Shown piece by piece: positions 10,701 to 19,811 of a stretch of 64,000 nt of DNA. The translations under genes and the position numbers were made by a program. Each line of letters opens with the position of its first letter. Position 1 is the first letter of the stretch. The notes under the pieces are model-generated. The model made no database searches. It saw only the letters and a list, made by a program, of their open reading frames with translations, and had not been told where the DNA came from. The DNA comes from a bacterium (lineage in GTDB: Bacteria; Bacteroidota; Ignavibacteria; Kapaibacteriales; Kapaibacteriaceae): assembly GCA_036840065.1 (NCBI GenBank), contig DAITZZ010000007.1, positions 2,291 to 66,290 of the forward strand, in the 5' to 3' direction.

Positions 10701-12036
10701 TGTCACCAAGTATGACGTTGTCTACGGTGCCGAACTCAAGGTTAAGGACGGACAGACGGTCAAGAAGGGCGATACACTTTATGACTGGGATCCGTACAAC
10801 TCCGTCATCATCACGGAGAAGGCCGGCCGTGTGCGCTACCGCGACCTCGTTCCGAACCTGACGTTCAAGGAAGCAATTGACGAGCAGACTGGTCACACAA
10901 CCAAGATCGTTATTGATTCTCGCGACCGGACCAAGAGCCCGGCCATTGAGATCGTCGACGACGAAGGAACATTGATCCAGTCGTACATCATCCCGTCGCG
11001 CGCTCAGATCGTTGTCGACGACGGAGAAGTCGTAACCGTTGGTTCAAAGCTTGTGAAGATGCCGCGCGATCTCGGACGTCTGCGAGACATCACGGGTGGT
11101 CTGCCACGCGTTACGGAGCTCTTTGAAGCCCGCGCACCTCAGGCCCCTGCCGCTGTGACAGAGATCGACGGTATCATTTCGATCGAAAAGCCGAAGCGTG
11201 GTTCGCGCGTTATCGCTACGACGTCTCTCGACGGACAGCTCAAGCGTGAGTACTCGGTGCCGATCGGCCGTCACGTTCTTGTGCAGGAGGGCGACCTTGT
11301 GCGCGCTGGTGACCGTATGACGGAAGGTGCCATTAATCCGCACGACATTCTTCACATCAAGGGTATCAATGAAGTGCAGGCCTACCTGGTGAATGAGATC
11401 CAGGAAGTCTACCGGATGCAGGGTGTGAAGATCAACGACAAGCACATTGAAGTGATCGTTCGCCAGATGCTGCAGAAGGTCCGCGTAACCGATTCTGGTG
11501 ACTCTCCGTTCCTCGAGGGCGACCAGGTGGACCGCATGCGATTCAGTGACGAGAATGACCGTTTGAAGGGCTGCGTTGTGGTGACCGATCCTGGTGACTC
11601 AAAGCTCAAGTTTGGTCAGATCATCGATAAGCGCGTTCTGCGCGAGATCAACGCCGATCTGAAGAAGGGCGACAAGCAGGGCGCTAAGAGCCGCACTGCT
11701 GAGCCATCGATCGGTGAGCCCCTTCTGCTCGGCATTACTCAGGCATCGCTCACGACCGAATCGTGGCTATCGGCGGCGTCGTTCCAGGAGACCACTCGCG
11801 TGCTGGCTGATGCTTCTGCTGCCGCAAAGATGGATAAGCTTCTGGGTCTCAAGGAGAACATCATCCTTGGTCAGCTTATTCCGGCTGGCACGGGTCTGCG
11901 TGCCTATCAGTCGATGCTTGTTGCGTCGGATGTCGGCAACATCTTCGGACCTGAGGCGATCATCCCGCAGGTTGAGTCCGAAGAAGTCATCCCGCGCAAG
12001 CCGGTGCGTCGTTCGGCACGTCTGGGTCAGGACTGA
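7753..12036 (+). CDS. rpoC: DNA-directed RNA polymerase subunit beta'
   Basis: 1427 aa with the Zn finger CACGKYK..C..CGVEV, the catalytic [12 protein letters not shown] motif, and trigger-loop/bridge-helix blocks. Confidence 0.99.
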   Translation: MQFQNIPKRGYGSITIRISSPDDILNRSHGEVTKPETINYRSFRPEKDGLFCEKIFGPIRDWECACGKYKRIRYKGIVCDRCGVEVTQKSVRRERMGHIMLAVPVVHIWFLRSLPSKISGVIGMPTKDVERIVYYESYVVVQPGSTGLQKKDLLTEEQYLEVLASLRPEERNMDDEDPRKFIALIGGEAVKELLRRVDADEDYFKLRETAREDMSQAKKADVLKRLRILDAFRTAEHKEPNRPEWMVLDIIPVIPPDLRPLVPLEGGRFATSDLNDLYRRVIIRNNRLKRLIDIKAPEVILRNEKRMLQESVDALFDNSRRAVRSESQRALKSLADTLKGKTGRFRQNLLGKRVDYSGRSVIVVGPELKLYECGLPKDMAVELFKPLIIRKLIERGHCKTVKSAKKQVEKKTTEVWDILDTVIDGHPVLLNRAPTLHRLGIQAFQPKLIEGKAIQLHPLVTTAFNADFDGDQMAVHVPLSHEAQLEALLLILSAHNIMHTQNGEPIAVPSQDMVLGVYYLTKARGGVKGEGKIFSSEDEVVIGYNSGRIGLHAKIKVRIGGKMIETTAGRVLFNKIVPFELGYMNEMLGKKRLRQVIADCFRKAGLAKTVEFLDKLKETGFMTATRGGLSVSIADVVVPAEKTNIIDRAQKEVDKIEDYYHSGVITEGERYNKIIDTWSTATNRVADKLYNELASNKDGFNTFFMMLDSQARGSKEQIRQLAGMRGLMAKPQKTAAASSAELIENPIISNFKEGLTILEYFISTHGARKGLADTALKTADAGYLTRRLHDVAQDVVISEDDCGTIRGVEMRALKDGEDVKEPLKERILGRTSLVDVTDPINGTVYCKKGEMIDEEVSEAIEHSPIEAVMIRSVLTCESRRGVCARCYGRNMATGQLVDTGEAVGTIASQSIGEPGTQLTLRTFHTGGTASLSMSQSLVLAKFDGLIQFDAVRTVSYPGETEDVEVVVSRAGVINIVEPGSNRVVTKYDVVYGAELKVKDGQTVKKGDTLYDWDPYNSVIITEKAGRVRYRDLVPNLTFKEAIDEQTGHTTKIVIDSRDRTKSPAIEIVDDEGTLIQSYIIPSRAQIVVDDGEVVTVGSKLVKMPRDLGRLRDITGGLPRVTELFEARAPQAPAAVTEIDGIISIEKPKRGSRVIATTSLDGQLKREYSVPIGRHVLVQEGDLVRAGDRMTEGAINPHDILHIKGINEVQAYLVNEIQEVYRMQGVKINDKHIEVIVRQMLQKVRVTDSGDSPFLEGDQVDRMRFSDENDRLKGCVVVTDPGDSKLKFGQIIDKRVLREINADLKKGDKQGAKSRTAEPSIGEPLLLGITQASLTTESWLSAASFQETTRVLADASAAAKMDKLLGLKENIILGQLIPAGTGLRAYQSMLVASDVGNIFGPEAIIPQVESEEVIPRKPVRRSARLGQD

Positions 12037-12060
12037 TCTGTTGTTGAATGAAGTTTATCA

Positions 12061-12098
12061 AGGGGCGATTCGGAAACGAGTCGCCCCTTTGTCATTTT
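12061..12098 (+). terminator. Rho-independent terminator of the rpoBC operon
   Basis: A 12-bp stem AGGGGCGATTCG / CGAGTCGCCCCT closed by a GAAA tetraloop (12073-12076), followed by TTTGTCATTTT. Confidence 0.8.
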
Positions 12099-12115
12099 GC
12101 ACGGTGATCTCGAAG

Positions 12116-14176
12116 GTGTCATTGTTTCGGTGGACTCTTGCGGTAGCGGTACTGATGCTTGTGCCGCCACACGACGTGTCCGCTCAGAGGCCTGTGAGAC
12201 TTCCCGTAACCACCGGATTCTCTCAGAGGATCACTTCCGTTTCTGTCTCGGGAACTGCCCGTTGGCTGATCGACCAGAGCATGGTCTATCGTGGTACGGA
12301 TCAGAACCGCTACGAACAGTGGCAGGCACTGCCGGAGTTGTATCGCTGCGGAGCGGCCCATCCGGTGTCGGCAACAAACGACCAAATCACCGTGGTTGCC
12401 CAGCGGCAAGGGCAGAGAGATACCTCGTGGTGGCTCTTTCGTTCGACGCCATCTGCTATGATGTGGTCTGACAGTACAGCCATACCCGCATCGGGTCAGT
12501 TCTTATGCAGCGCCGAGGGCATGCTGCTCTTTAGCGCAAGTGAGCCCGATCGCCCGATGATCATTGATGCCTACGATTCTTCAGGACAGCTCATTCGATC
12601 GATAGAAATGGCCCGCGTGCGCAACTGGCCGGCCACCAGGTTGCGTCCGTGTGGTGACTCGATCATTGCTCTCGATCACGGAAGTGGGATCGCGATTTGC
12701 GAGGTGATCCGTACCGGAGCAGGGAAGACACCGATCGACTGGGTGACGGCCGAACTTCCCGAAGTCATTGATGGCAAGGTCGGCGATAATAATGCCTTTG
12801 TCTACAGGACGTCAAAAGGTACGTTCATCGATCATGCAGGGACGGTTCGTTCAATGCGTGTGCTTACTGAACGGTTGCAGGAGGTCGTTGTCAACGGAAC
12901 CGCTGCTACCCGAATCGCCAATGGTGGAATCGAGTACGCGCCGGACGTAACACAGGAGAACGTCGAACGCTTTCGACTGAACAATCTGCTTCTCGCCTCC
13001 ACGCATAGGATCCTTTGGAGTCGCGGTTCTGATTGCTTGCTGGCGCGGCAAGACGGAACACTCTGGTTTACCTTCAAGTTTGCTGATGCTTCCGGCTTCT
13101 CCTATGCCATCAATCAATCAACAGATGGGAGCGTAAGTCGTGGATCTCGCCTGTTGCTTTCGGGGTTGACGGTCACGTTAGCTGGACATGTCCGTGTTCA
13201 GGGCGCGCAGGTGTCGGATGCTGTGAGCACTATCATACCGGGAGTGTCAGCATGCGACACCGTCAATGTTCGAGCCGCCAGCCCAGGTCATGAGGCCCTG
13301 CACAGAGTCGGAAATGAGGTATGGCTCACCTGCTCGGAAGGAATCTTTTCCTATCCGGATATGCGACGCATTCAGCAGCGCCCGGGATACGGCGCCGTCA
13401 AGTCCGGCGACATGGTCTACATGCAGACGACGCGAGGCATTGAAGTTAGGGGGCCTGCCGATACACTATCACGCGTTCTGATCCCTGGTGCGATCGGTGC
13501 CGCCATGACGGTGATGGGTGACACGATCTTCCTCATCAATGTTCAGAGTGTGCCGGGAAGTGAGCAGGATGCGAGGGTCTCGGTCGATGCCTACGACCGT
13601 GAAGGAAATCCATTCTTTCTCGACCTTACGGTTGTTGAGTCCGCCCCGGCACGATCTGTCACGTTGCGCTCGGTGAATCATCGCCACAATACCATCATCA
13701 TCAACCTTGGACGATGGCTCATGGTGAGCCGCGACGCCGGAATCACATGGATTGAGGTCGATCCCGATGTCGAACTTCTCACGCCTATCGATGATGCAGG
13801 TGTGGAGATGGTTGCGTGGGCCCGCAGTCAGGACGGACGCACGGGGCCTGCAGTGATGATAAGCCCGGATCGCTGGGTCGTGCAACCCGTTGAGCTTCGC
13901 ACCGCCAGCCCCGTGATCGCCTGCGCTCACATGCCGGGCTGGTTTGTGTTCAGCACGGCCGATGGGGTGTGGTCGTTACAGCAGCTTATCAGCAGCGTCC
14001 CCGCAGGAAACCATAGGGACGAAACAGAGTTCTTCGAAGCAACGCCGGATCAGGAGATGCTTGTCGATGTTCTGGGCCGCGTGTTTTCTCGTGAATCGGC
14101 ACCGGTAGGTGCCTATTTTCAGATTGTTCGTTTCGGACCACATTGGCGCGTCCGATCGATGAAACTTCTTCCCTGA
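12116..14176 (+). CDS. Hypothetical secreted protein with an Asp-box (BNR-like) motif
   Basis: Only the part of ORF 11714..14176 downstream of the rpoC terminator can be real. A GTG at 12116 yields a signal-peptide-like N-terminus (SLFRWTLAVAVLMLVPPHDVSAQ). There is one clear Asp-box (SRDAGITW). The C-terminal ~60 aa only weakly resemble a T9SS CTD. The start is uncertain. Confidence 0.6.
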   Translation: MSLFRWTLAVAVLMLVPPHDVSAQRPVRLPVTTGFSQRITSVSVSGTARWLIDQSMVYRGTDQNRYEQWQALPELYRCGAAHPVSATNDQITVVAQRQGQRDTSWWLFRSTPSAMMWSDSTAIPASGQFLCSAEGMLLFSASEPDRPMIIDAYDSSGQLIRSIEMARVRNWPATRLRPCGDSIIALDHGSGIAICEVIRTGAGKTPIDWVTAELPEVIDGKVGDNNAFVYRTSKGTFIDHAGTVRSMRVLTERLQEVVVNGTAATRIANGGIEYAPDVTQENVERFRLNNLLLASTHRILWSRGSDCLLARQDGTLWFTFKFADASGFSYAINQSTDGSVSRGSRLLLSGLTVTLAGHVRVQGAQVSDAVSTIIPGVSACDTVNVRAASPGHEALHRVGNEVWLTCSEGIFSYPDMRRIQQRPGYGAVKSGDMVYMQTTRGIEVRGPADTLSRVLIPGAIGAAMTVMGDTIFLINVQSVPGSEQDARVSVDAYDREGNPFFLDLTVVESAPARSVTLRSVNHRHNTIIINLGRWLMVSRDAGITWIEVDPDVELLTPIDDAGVEMVAWARSQDGRTGPAVMISPDRWVVQPVELRTASPVIACAHMPGWFVFSTADGVWSLQQLISSVPAGNHRDETEFFEATPDQEMLVDVLGRVFSRESAPVGAYFQIVRFGPHWRVRSMKLLP

Positions 14177-14187
14177 GGGTTCCTGTG

Positions 14188-16206
14188 ATGATTCGCCCCC
14201 TTCTTGCTGCCTTTTTCCTTCTCTCTGTAACCAGTCTGGCCGACACACTCTATGTGGCAACGAGTGCCACCGCCGGTGGCAATGGTCAGTCGTGGTCAAC
14301 GGCCTACACATCACTCGAGGACGCACTTGCCAAGTGGCAGTCGGGCGACGAGATCTGGTGTGCTGCCGGACAGTATCAGGTCCCTCAGGCCGGATACCCA
14401 ATATCCAATGGCATGCGTATCTATGGGGGCTTTAAGGGCAACGAGACCATGCGTGAGCAGCGCGACTGGTACCGTCAGCGCACCGTGCTCAACTCATCTC
14501 AGGGGGCGAGCATCTTCACGCTCACGGCATGCGATTCGATCACGAGAATCGACGGATTTGTCCTCCAGGGTACTCGATCAACTGCTATGCTGGTCAACGG
14601 CGGATCTCCCCGCATCTTTAATAACCACTTTCGAGCCTGTTCAACGACGACTGACGGCGCGGCCATCCGCATGAATGGCGGCGGCCGCATACAGATCGAG
14701 TACTGTGTGTTTGAGGATTGCAGCGCTGACAGGTTCGGTGGTGCAGTGTATCTGAATTCAGACATCACCAGTGCGGCATGGAACCGTCAGTGGGGACCAT
14801 TCATCGGTCAGTGCTTCTTCGTGAACTGTAGCGCGCAACGAGGTGGCGGACTCTACATTGCTGATTGTCCTGGCACTACGCAGATCACCTCAACGGTGTT
14901 CGCCGGCAATCGCGCCGTCGATGCTGCGGGAGCCATCGGCTCGGAGACGTCGGACGTGTATCTCAACAACAGTACTTTCTCTCGTAACACTCTTACTGGT
15001 TCGACGGTCATTGGTGGGAAGTCGGCTGCAATGAGCGCCGGTGCCATTCAGAACTGCCTCATGTGGAATGAGGATGAGGACACTACATCGCATGTGCTGC
15101 AGCTTGTGCCACAGGGAGACACATCGAAGTTGGTAGGACGTGCCAATGTTATCGAGCGCGACTTCGTCTATGGCTTCTGGCAGTTTGCTCCAGACTTTGT
15201 GAGCGTTGACGATGTGGACGGCAACGATGACATCTACGGCACAGACGATGACGGACTTGTGCTGCTGCCGGGATCGATCGGACGCGATGGTGGTTATCTC
15301 GATACATACGTGAACCATCGTCAGCATGACATCCTTGGCAATCCTCGGCTTGTGGGCAGGAAGCTTGACGTTGGTGCCTACGAAGCACAACGAGAGGAAG
15401 GTCGATTGGGCTTCCGAGAAGCTATGGCTGAGATGCGAAAGGGCGGTCTGGTCTTTATGTACCGTCACGGCAAAACAGACTGGGATCAAAAAGATAGGGG
15501 GCCGGCGCCGGAGTGTTTCCCCGGGCGTAATCTCATAGCGGAGGGGCGTGAGCAGTGTGATGAGATCGGCAAGGCCCAACGGATGCTTGGTGTGGAGCAG
15601 GGCGAAGCGTTGACCTCGCCGGCATGCCGCTGCTGGGAAACCCTCAAGATCATGGTTGGACGATACGAAGAGCGCTCATACTGGGCCGGCGGAGGAGGGA
15701 CAGGTCCGAGCGCCCAATCACGACTGCGCGATCTCTCGACGGCGGTGACAAGTGGCAACCGATTTATCTCGACCCATGACGCCGTGTGTCAGTCGATCTT
15801 CAACCCGAATGGTGGCGGAGAGATCATAACAACGGCTGAGTATATGGAAGGGGATGCACTGATCATACGGCCACTCGGTGGTACGGACCACGAGGTTCTC
15901 GCACAGTGGTGCTCGGAGACATGGACCCGATATCACGTGCGCTTCCCTGATGAAGTGAGCAGCGTTACCGAACAGGGTGCGTCGCAGCAGCGCATAACCG
16001 TTACACCTGTTCCGGCCTCCGATCAGCTGTCGGTTACAACAATGATGCCTGGCCGCGTACGGGTGATCAACATGCTTGGAGCGCAGGTCGCAACCTTCGA
16101 CATTGACGAATCACGCTCTGCCCGAGTTGACGTTTCTTCCTGGCCTGTGGGCACATACGTGATGATCAACGACTTGTCGGCGACTCCGTTCGTCGTCGCT
16201 CGCTGA
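14188..16206 (+). CDS. Secreted right-handed beta-helix (Pmp-like GGAI repeats) + histidine phosphatase domain + T9SS C-terminal sorting domain
   Basis: Signal peptide MIRPLLAAFFLLSVTSLA. Repeated GGA(V/I/L)Y-type beta-helix turns. RHG phosphatase motif (FMYRHGKTDW) and a second His motif (ISTHDAV). C-terminus ...VRVINMLGAQVATFDIDES..VDVSSWPVGTYVMI... is typical of a Por secretion tail. Confidence 0.75.
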   Translation: MIRPLLAAFFLLSVTSLADTLYVATSATAGGNGQSWSTAYTSLEDALAKWQSGDEIWCAAGQYQVPQAGYPISNGMRIYGGFKGNETMREQRDWYRQRTVLNSSQGASIFTLTACDSITRIDGFVLQGTRSTAMLVNGGSPRIFNNHFRACSTTTDGAAIRMNGGGRIQIEYCVFEDCSADRFGGAVYLNSDITSAAWNRQWGPFIGQCFFVNCSAQRGGGLYIADCPGTTQITSTVFAGNRAVDAAGAIGSETSDVYLNNSTFSRNTLTGSTVIGGKSAAMSAGAIQNCLMWNEDEDTTSHVLQLVPQGDTSKLVGRANVIERDFVYGFWQFAPDFVSVDDVDGNDDIYGTDDDGLVLLPGSIGRDGGYLDTYVNHRQHDILGNPRLVGRKLDVGAYEAQREEGRLGFREAMAEMRKGGLVFMYRHGKTDWDQKDRGPAPECFPGRNLIAEGREQCDEIGKAQRMLGVEQGEALTSPACRCWETLKIMVGRYEERSYWAGGGGTGPSAQSRLRDLSTAVTSGNRFISTHDAVCQSIFNPNGGGEIITTAEYMEGDALIIRPLGGTDHEVLAQWCSETWTRYHVRFPDEVSSVTEQGASQQRITVTPVPASDQLSVTTMMPGRVRVINMLGAQVATFDIDESRSARVDVSSWPVGTYVMINDLSATPFVVAR

Positions 16207-16218
16207 GGCATCGAACGA

Positions 16219-17472
16219 TCACGACCCGAATCGTCGGGCTTTTTCGTCATCGAACGCTCCCTCCCATCGTGCCATCACAACGGTAGCAAGGCAGTTCCCG
16301 AGAAGATTTACGCTCGTGCGGGCCATGTCCATAAACTCGTCCACACCGAAGATCATCGACACGGCGATCGGACCGTAATGACGGAGATGTTCCGGCAGGA
16401 AGGTTGACAGTGTTGCCAGTAGAATAACCAGTGAAGCACGTGGAACGGCGGCAACACCCTTGGAGGTGATCATCAGTGCCAGCATCATGGTGAGCTGCTG
16501 ACCGATGTCGAACGTAAACCCCGGTACGGTGGAGGCCACAGCCTGCATCACAAAGACGCTGGCCATTGAAAGGTACAGCGTCGTACCATCAAGGTTGAAC
16601 GTATAACCGGCGGGCATGACGAAGCCCACGATGTGCTTGGGCACGCCGAACTGCTCCATTCTTTCCATTGCCATCGGCAGTGCGCTTTCGCTGCTGGTTG
16701 TGACAAATGCCAGCGTAAATGGTTCGCGCACGGCCTTGAGAAAGGGGCGCAGCGGAATACGTGCGATGATCATCACAGCGCCGAAGACCACAACGACGAA
16801 TAGGATAAGGGCGATGTATAACGACCCAATAAGAAGCCCGAGCGACTTGAGAATATCCAGCCCCTGGTGGCCGATGGTTGCCGCCATGGCTGCACCGATG
16901 CCAATTGGGGCAAATCGCATGATGATGTTGGTGAAGGCGAACATTGTCTGTGCCAGAGATTCGCACCAGGCAATGATCGGCTTCGCATGATCTCCGATGC
17001 GTCGCAGCGCCAGAGCAAAGATCACCGAGAAGGTCACGATCTGCAGCACGTCGCCCTTTGCCATGGACTCGATGATGCTGGTCGGAAAAATGTGGACGAC
17101 GGTCTCAATAAGCGTCTTGGGGTGATTCGTTGCCACGCTTCCGAGCGTACCGGGATCGCCCACAAGGGCCACGCCGGATCCTGGCTGCGATAGATTTACA
17201 ACGGCAAGGCCGATAAAGAGGGCGATCGTGGTGACGATCTCGAAGTATATCAGCGACTTGAGGCCCAGACGTCCAACACTACCGCTATGCCCGCCCCCTG
17301 CAATACCTGTAACGACGGTTGCAAACACAAGAGGAGCGATGATGACCTTGATCAGATGCAGGAAGATGTCACGTAGCCATCCGACCTGCGTACCGAATTC
17401 GGGTGCTACATATCCTATCGCGATTCCCAGGGCGACACCGAGGAGAATCTGCTTTGTCAGTGTGAACTTCAT
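16219..17472 (-). CDS. Dicarboxylate/amino acid:cation symporter (DAACS; GltP/DctA family)
   Basis: 417 aa and polytopic. Family-typical segments include FLHLIKVIIAPLVFATVVTGIAG, AFVTTSSESALP and MPAGYTFNLDGT. Confidence 0.88.
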   Translation of the reverse strand: MKFTLTKQILLGVALGIAIGYVAPEFGTQVGWLRDIFLHLIKVIIAPLVFATVVTGIAGGGHSGSVGRLGLKSLIYFEIVTTIALFIGLAVVNLSQPGSGVALVGDPGTLGSVATNHPKTLIETVVHIFPTSIIESMAKGDVLQIVTFSVIFALALRRIGDHAKPIIAWCESLAQTMFAFTNIIMRFAPIGIGAAMAATIGHQGLDILKSLGLLIGSLYIALILFVVVVFGAVMIIARIPLRPFLKAVREPFTLAFVTTSSESALPMAMERMEQFGVPKHIVGFVMPAGYTFNLDGTTLYLSMASVFVMQAVASTVPGFTFDIGQQLTMMLALMITSKGVAAVPRASLVILLATLSTFLPEHLRHYGPIAVSMIFGVDEFMDMARTSVNLLGNCLATVVMARWEGAFDDEKARRFGS

Positions 17473-17522
17473 GCAAAGAAGTTACGAAGTCACGTCCACC
17501 CGTGGCATGGCGCGGCGATCAT

Positions 17523-19589
17523 CTACTTCTTGATCAACGCCGTTGATGTCACGGCAGTGCCCGAGGAGATCTCCAGCCGGTAGCTGCCAGCTGCAAGTGC
17601 GTGCGTGTCGATGACCATGCTGCTGAGACCGTACTCGATTGCCTGCATGCTCTGCCAAACAACGGCTCCTGTAATGTCGCGGATCGTCAGTGTAACCGGT
17701 AGGGGGCGATCGACGATGTACGATACGGAGAATGCATCCTGAGCCGGATTCGGGCCGCAGCCGAGGATGGTGATCGGCGATGGAACTCGTTGCTCTTCAT
17801 CGACGGACGTCACGGCTGGCGGATCCGGCGGTGCGGGCACGTCCTGAATGGCCTTCGCAGCAGCTGGTTGTTTGCTGATGGAGAGAAGATTCGTCCCGGT
17901 GAGACTGTAGTAGCCACGTTCCCAACGTTGCGCTGTAGGACGCTCAGTAAGACTCTTGATGAAGTACCAGTCGGACTGCACGGAGTCGGGGAAGAAGGAA
18001 ACGAGCATGTATCCGTGATCGGTGATGTTGCTCCAGCGCAGATGGCCGTTGCGCTGCGTGAGTGTCGTATCAACCGTCTTCAGTAGCTGCGGCTGAATCA
18101 CGCTAAGTCCGGCAACAGTTGAGAAGTTCTCGTCGAAGTTCGCTGAAGAGACGCTCGGAGTGATGAACTCAACACCAACAGGTTTTACCTTTTCGCCGAT
18201 CTCCACCGGGATCTCCATGGCAAAGCTCGAATGGAAGTCACCGGTTACCACCACCACGTTCTCAACGGCACTGGAGCGGATAAACGTACTGAGTGCCCGG
18301 CGTTGTGCCGGATAGTTGCTCCACACATCACCATAGAAAGCCAGTTCGAAGATCGACTGGAACGTTGGTACCTGAGGGCGAAGCAGTGCGGCAAACAAGG
18401 GGCCGACGGAGTTGAATAGGTAGGTCGTATCGATGGGTGTGACATTCAGCGGCCCGTAGATCACCTGATTGCCGATCAGCTTCCATCGGGCAGAGCTTGA
18501 GGAGAGGTTCCCCGTGAGCCACTCGTACTGGGTGGCAGACATGATCTTGCGATTTGGATTGTTGAGAGAATCCTTGGCATTGTTCGATGCCGATGGTCCC
18601 ACCTCATCGATCTGCTTGTCACGTCCTTCCAGCCGAGTATCGACCATCGAGACATCAACCAGGTCGCCAATGACAAAGCGCCGGTACAACACACCGCTGG
18701 TGGATTCACGCGTCGGCATCCATTCGTAACAGGCCTGACGTGAGACAGCCTTTCTCACACTCCACTCACCTTCTTCGGGCTGATGATTCTGAGCCCCGTC
18801 GGTATATGCATCGTTAGCCGACTCATGGTCATCCCAGACGTGGATCATGGCGTGCTGTTGATGCATCCGTCGAAGATCAGCATCGAGGCGGTATTGACTA
18901 TACCTCGTGCGATAATCAGTGAGTTTGACGAGTTCGGCATCTGGGTCATGCCGGCGTCCCAGTCGTGCACCAGTCTGGCCGCCGAACGACGCCGTATCGG
19001 CATCGTACTCGTAGATGTAGTCACCGAGGTGCAGAACTGCATCGAGGTCGTTACGGTCGGCGATAAAACCATACGGCGTGAAGTATCCGGCTGGATAGTT
19101 CGAGCACGACACCACGGCAATTTTTGCATGGTCGACCTTACCGGTCGGAAGTGTGCGCGTCCGGCCCGTCAGCGAAGCGCGGCCATAGGCGATGAAGCCA
19201 TAGTAGTAGACTGTTGCCGGGCTCAGGCCATCAACGTCAACCTTTACGGTGTAGTCGCCTGATGGCCGGGCCGTGGCCATGCCATCACGAACGATGTTCG
19301 TCAACGTCGGGTCGGTGGCCACCAACCAGCGCACATCGATACTCTGCTCGCCGTTTTGAGGGGTGACGCGAGTCCAGATGATCACACGGTCTGAAAGTGG
19401 ATCGCCGCTGGCCACGCCGTGGTAGAAGGGTCGAAGCCGATCCTCAACCTGTGTCACGTCAGAACGCTTGCTGACGCGTGGCTCGTGTCCGGCGCGTCGC
19501 ACACCAAACATGTCGTTGCGCATATCCTGAGACGGCAGCGATACGGCAGCGCTTACGATCAAAAGAACGAAAAGGCATAGGGTATTCAT
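17523..19589 (-). CDS. phoD: Alkaline phosphatase D (PhoD-like metallophosphatase) with T9SS C-terminal sorting domain
   Basis: PFYHGVASGDPL..VIIWTRV N-terminal PhoD domain; metallophosphatase motifs (HLGDYIYEY, VWDDHE, VVVTGDFH); CTD ...LTIRDITGAVVWQS...LAAGSYRLEI. The start is taken at ATG 19589 (signal peptide MNTLCLFVLLIVSA, with GGAG upstream). Confidence 0.88.
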   Translation of the reverse strand: MNTLCLFVLLIVSAAVSLPSQDMRNDMFGVRRAGHEPRVSKRSDVTQVEDRLRPFYHGVASGDPLSDRVIIWTRVTPQNGEQSIDVRWLVATDPTLTNIVRDGMATARPSGDYTVKVDVDGLSPATVYYYGFIAYGRASLTGRTRTLPTGKVDHAKIAVVSCSNYPAGYFTPYGFIADRNDLDAVLHLGDYIYEYDADTASFGGQTGARLGRRHDPDAELVKLTDYRTRYSQYRLDADLRRMHQQHAMIHVWDDHESANDAYTDGAQNHQPEEGEWSVRKAVSRQACYEWMPTRESTSGVLYRRFVIGDLVDVSMVDTRLEGRDKQIDEVGPSASNNAKDSLNNPNRKIMSATQYEWLTGNLSSSSARWKLIGNQVIYGPLNVTPIDTTYLFNSVGPLFAALLRPQVPTFQSIFELAFYGDVWSNYPAQRRALSTFIRSSAVENVVVVTGDFHSSFAMEIPVEIGEKVKPVGVEFITPSVSSANFDENFSTVAGLSVIQPQLLKTVDTTLTQRNGHLRWSNITDHGYMLVSFFPDSVQSDWYFIKSLTERPTAQRWERGYYSLTGTNLLSISKQPAAAKAIQDVPAPPDPPAVTSVDEEQRVPSPITILGCGPNPAQDAFSVSYIVDRPLPVTLTIRDITGAVVWQSMQAIEYGLSSMVIDTHALAAGSYRLEISSGTAVTSTALIKK

Positions 19590-19655
19590 GGCAGGCTCCA
19601 TTTTCTGAATCACGGAACGCAATCTAGGGACCGATTGTTTCTCCCGCGTTGATCC

Positions 19656-19811
19656 ATGTCAATGATCAAGAAACACCAACTCGCCACCAAGATCTGCGTT
19701 TCCTGTCAGCGCCCCTTCACCTGGCGTAAGAAGTGGGAGCGTGTCTGGGACGAGGTCAAATACTGTTCTGACGCCTGTCGACGTCGGAAGGGGGCTTCGC
19801 ATGGCTCATGA
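19656..19811 (+). CDS. DUF2256-type small zinc-ribbon protein (about 50 aa), absent from the supplied ORF track
   Basis: Manual translation gives M(SM)[48 protein letters not shown]. The CxxC...CxxxC pattern and the RPFx[13 protein letters not shown] core match my recollection of DUF2256. It overlaps the next gene by 11 nt. The start is ATG 19656 or 19662. Confidence 0.6.
   Translation: MSMIKKHQLATKICVSCQRPFTWRKKWERVWDEVKYCSDACRRRKGASHGS

Noticed and set aside
11714-12115. Upstream part of the 820-aa ORF 11714..14176, which overlaps the 3' end of rpoC.
   Set aside because: It is out of frame with rpoC and crosses the strong rpoC terminator (12061-12098). A signal-peptide-like start exists at 12116.
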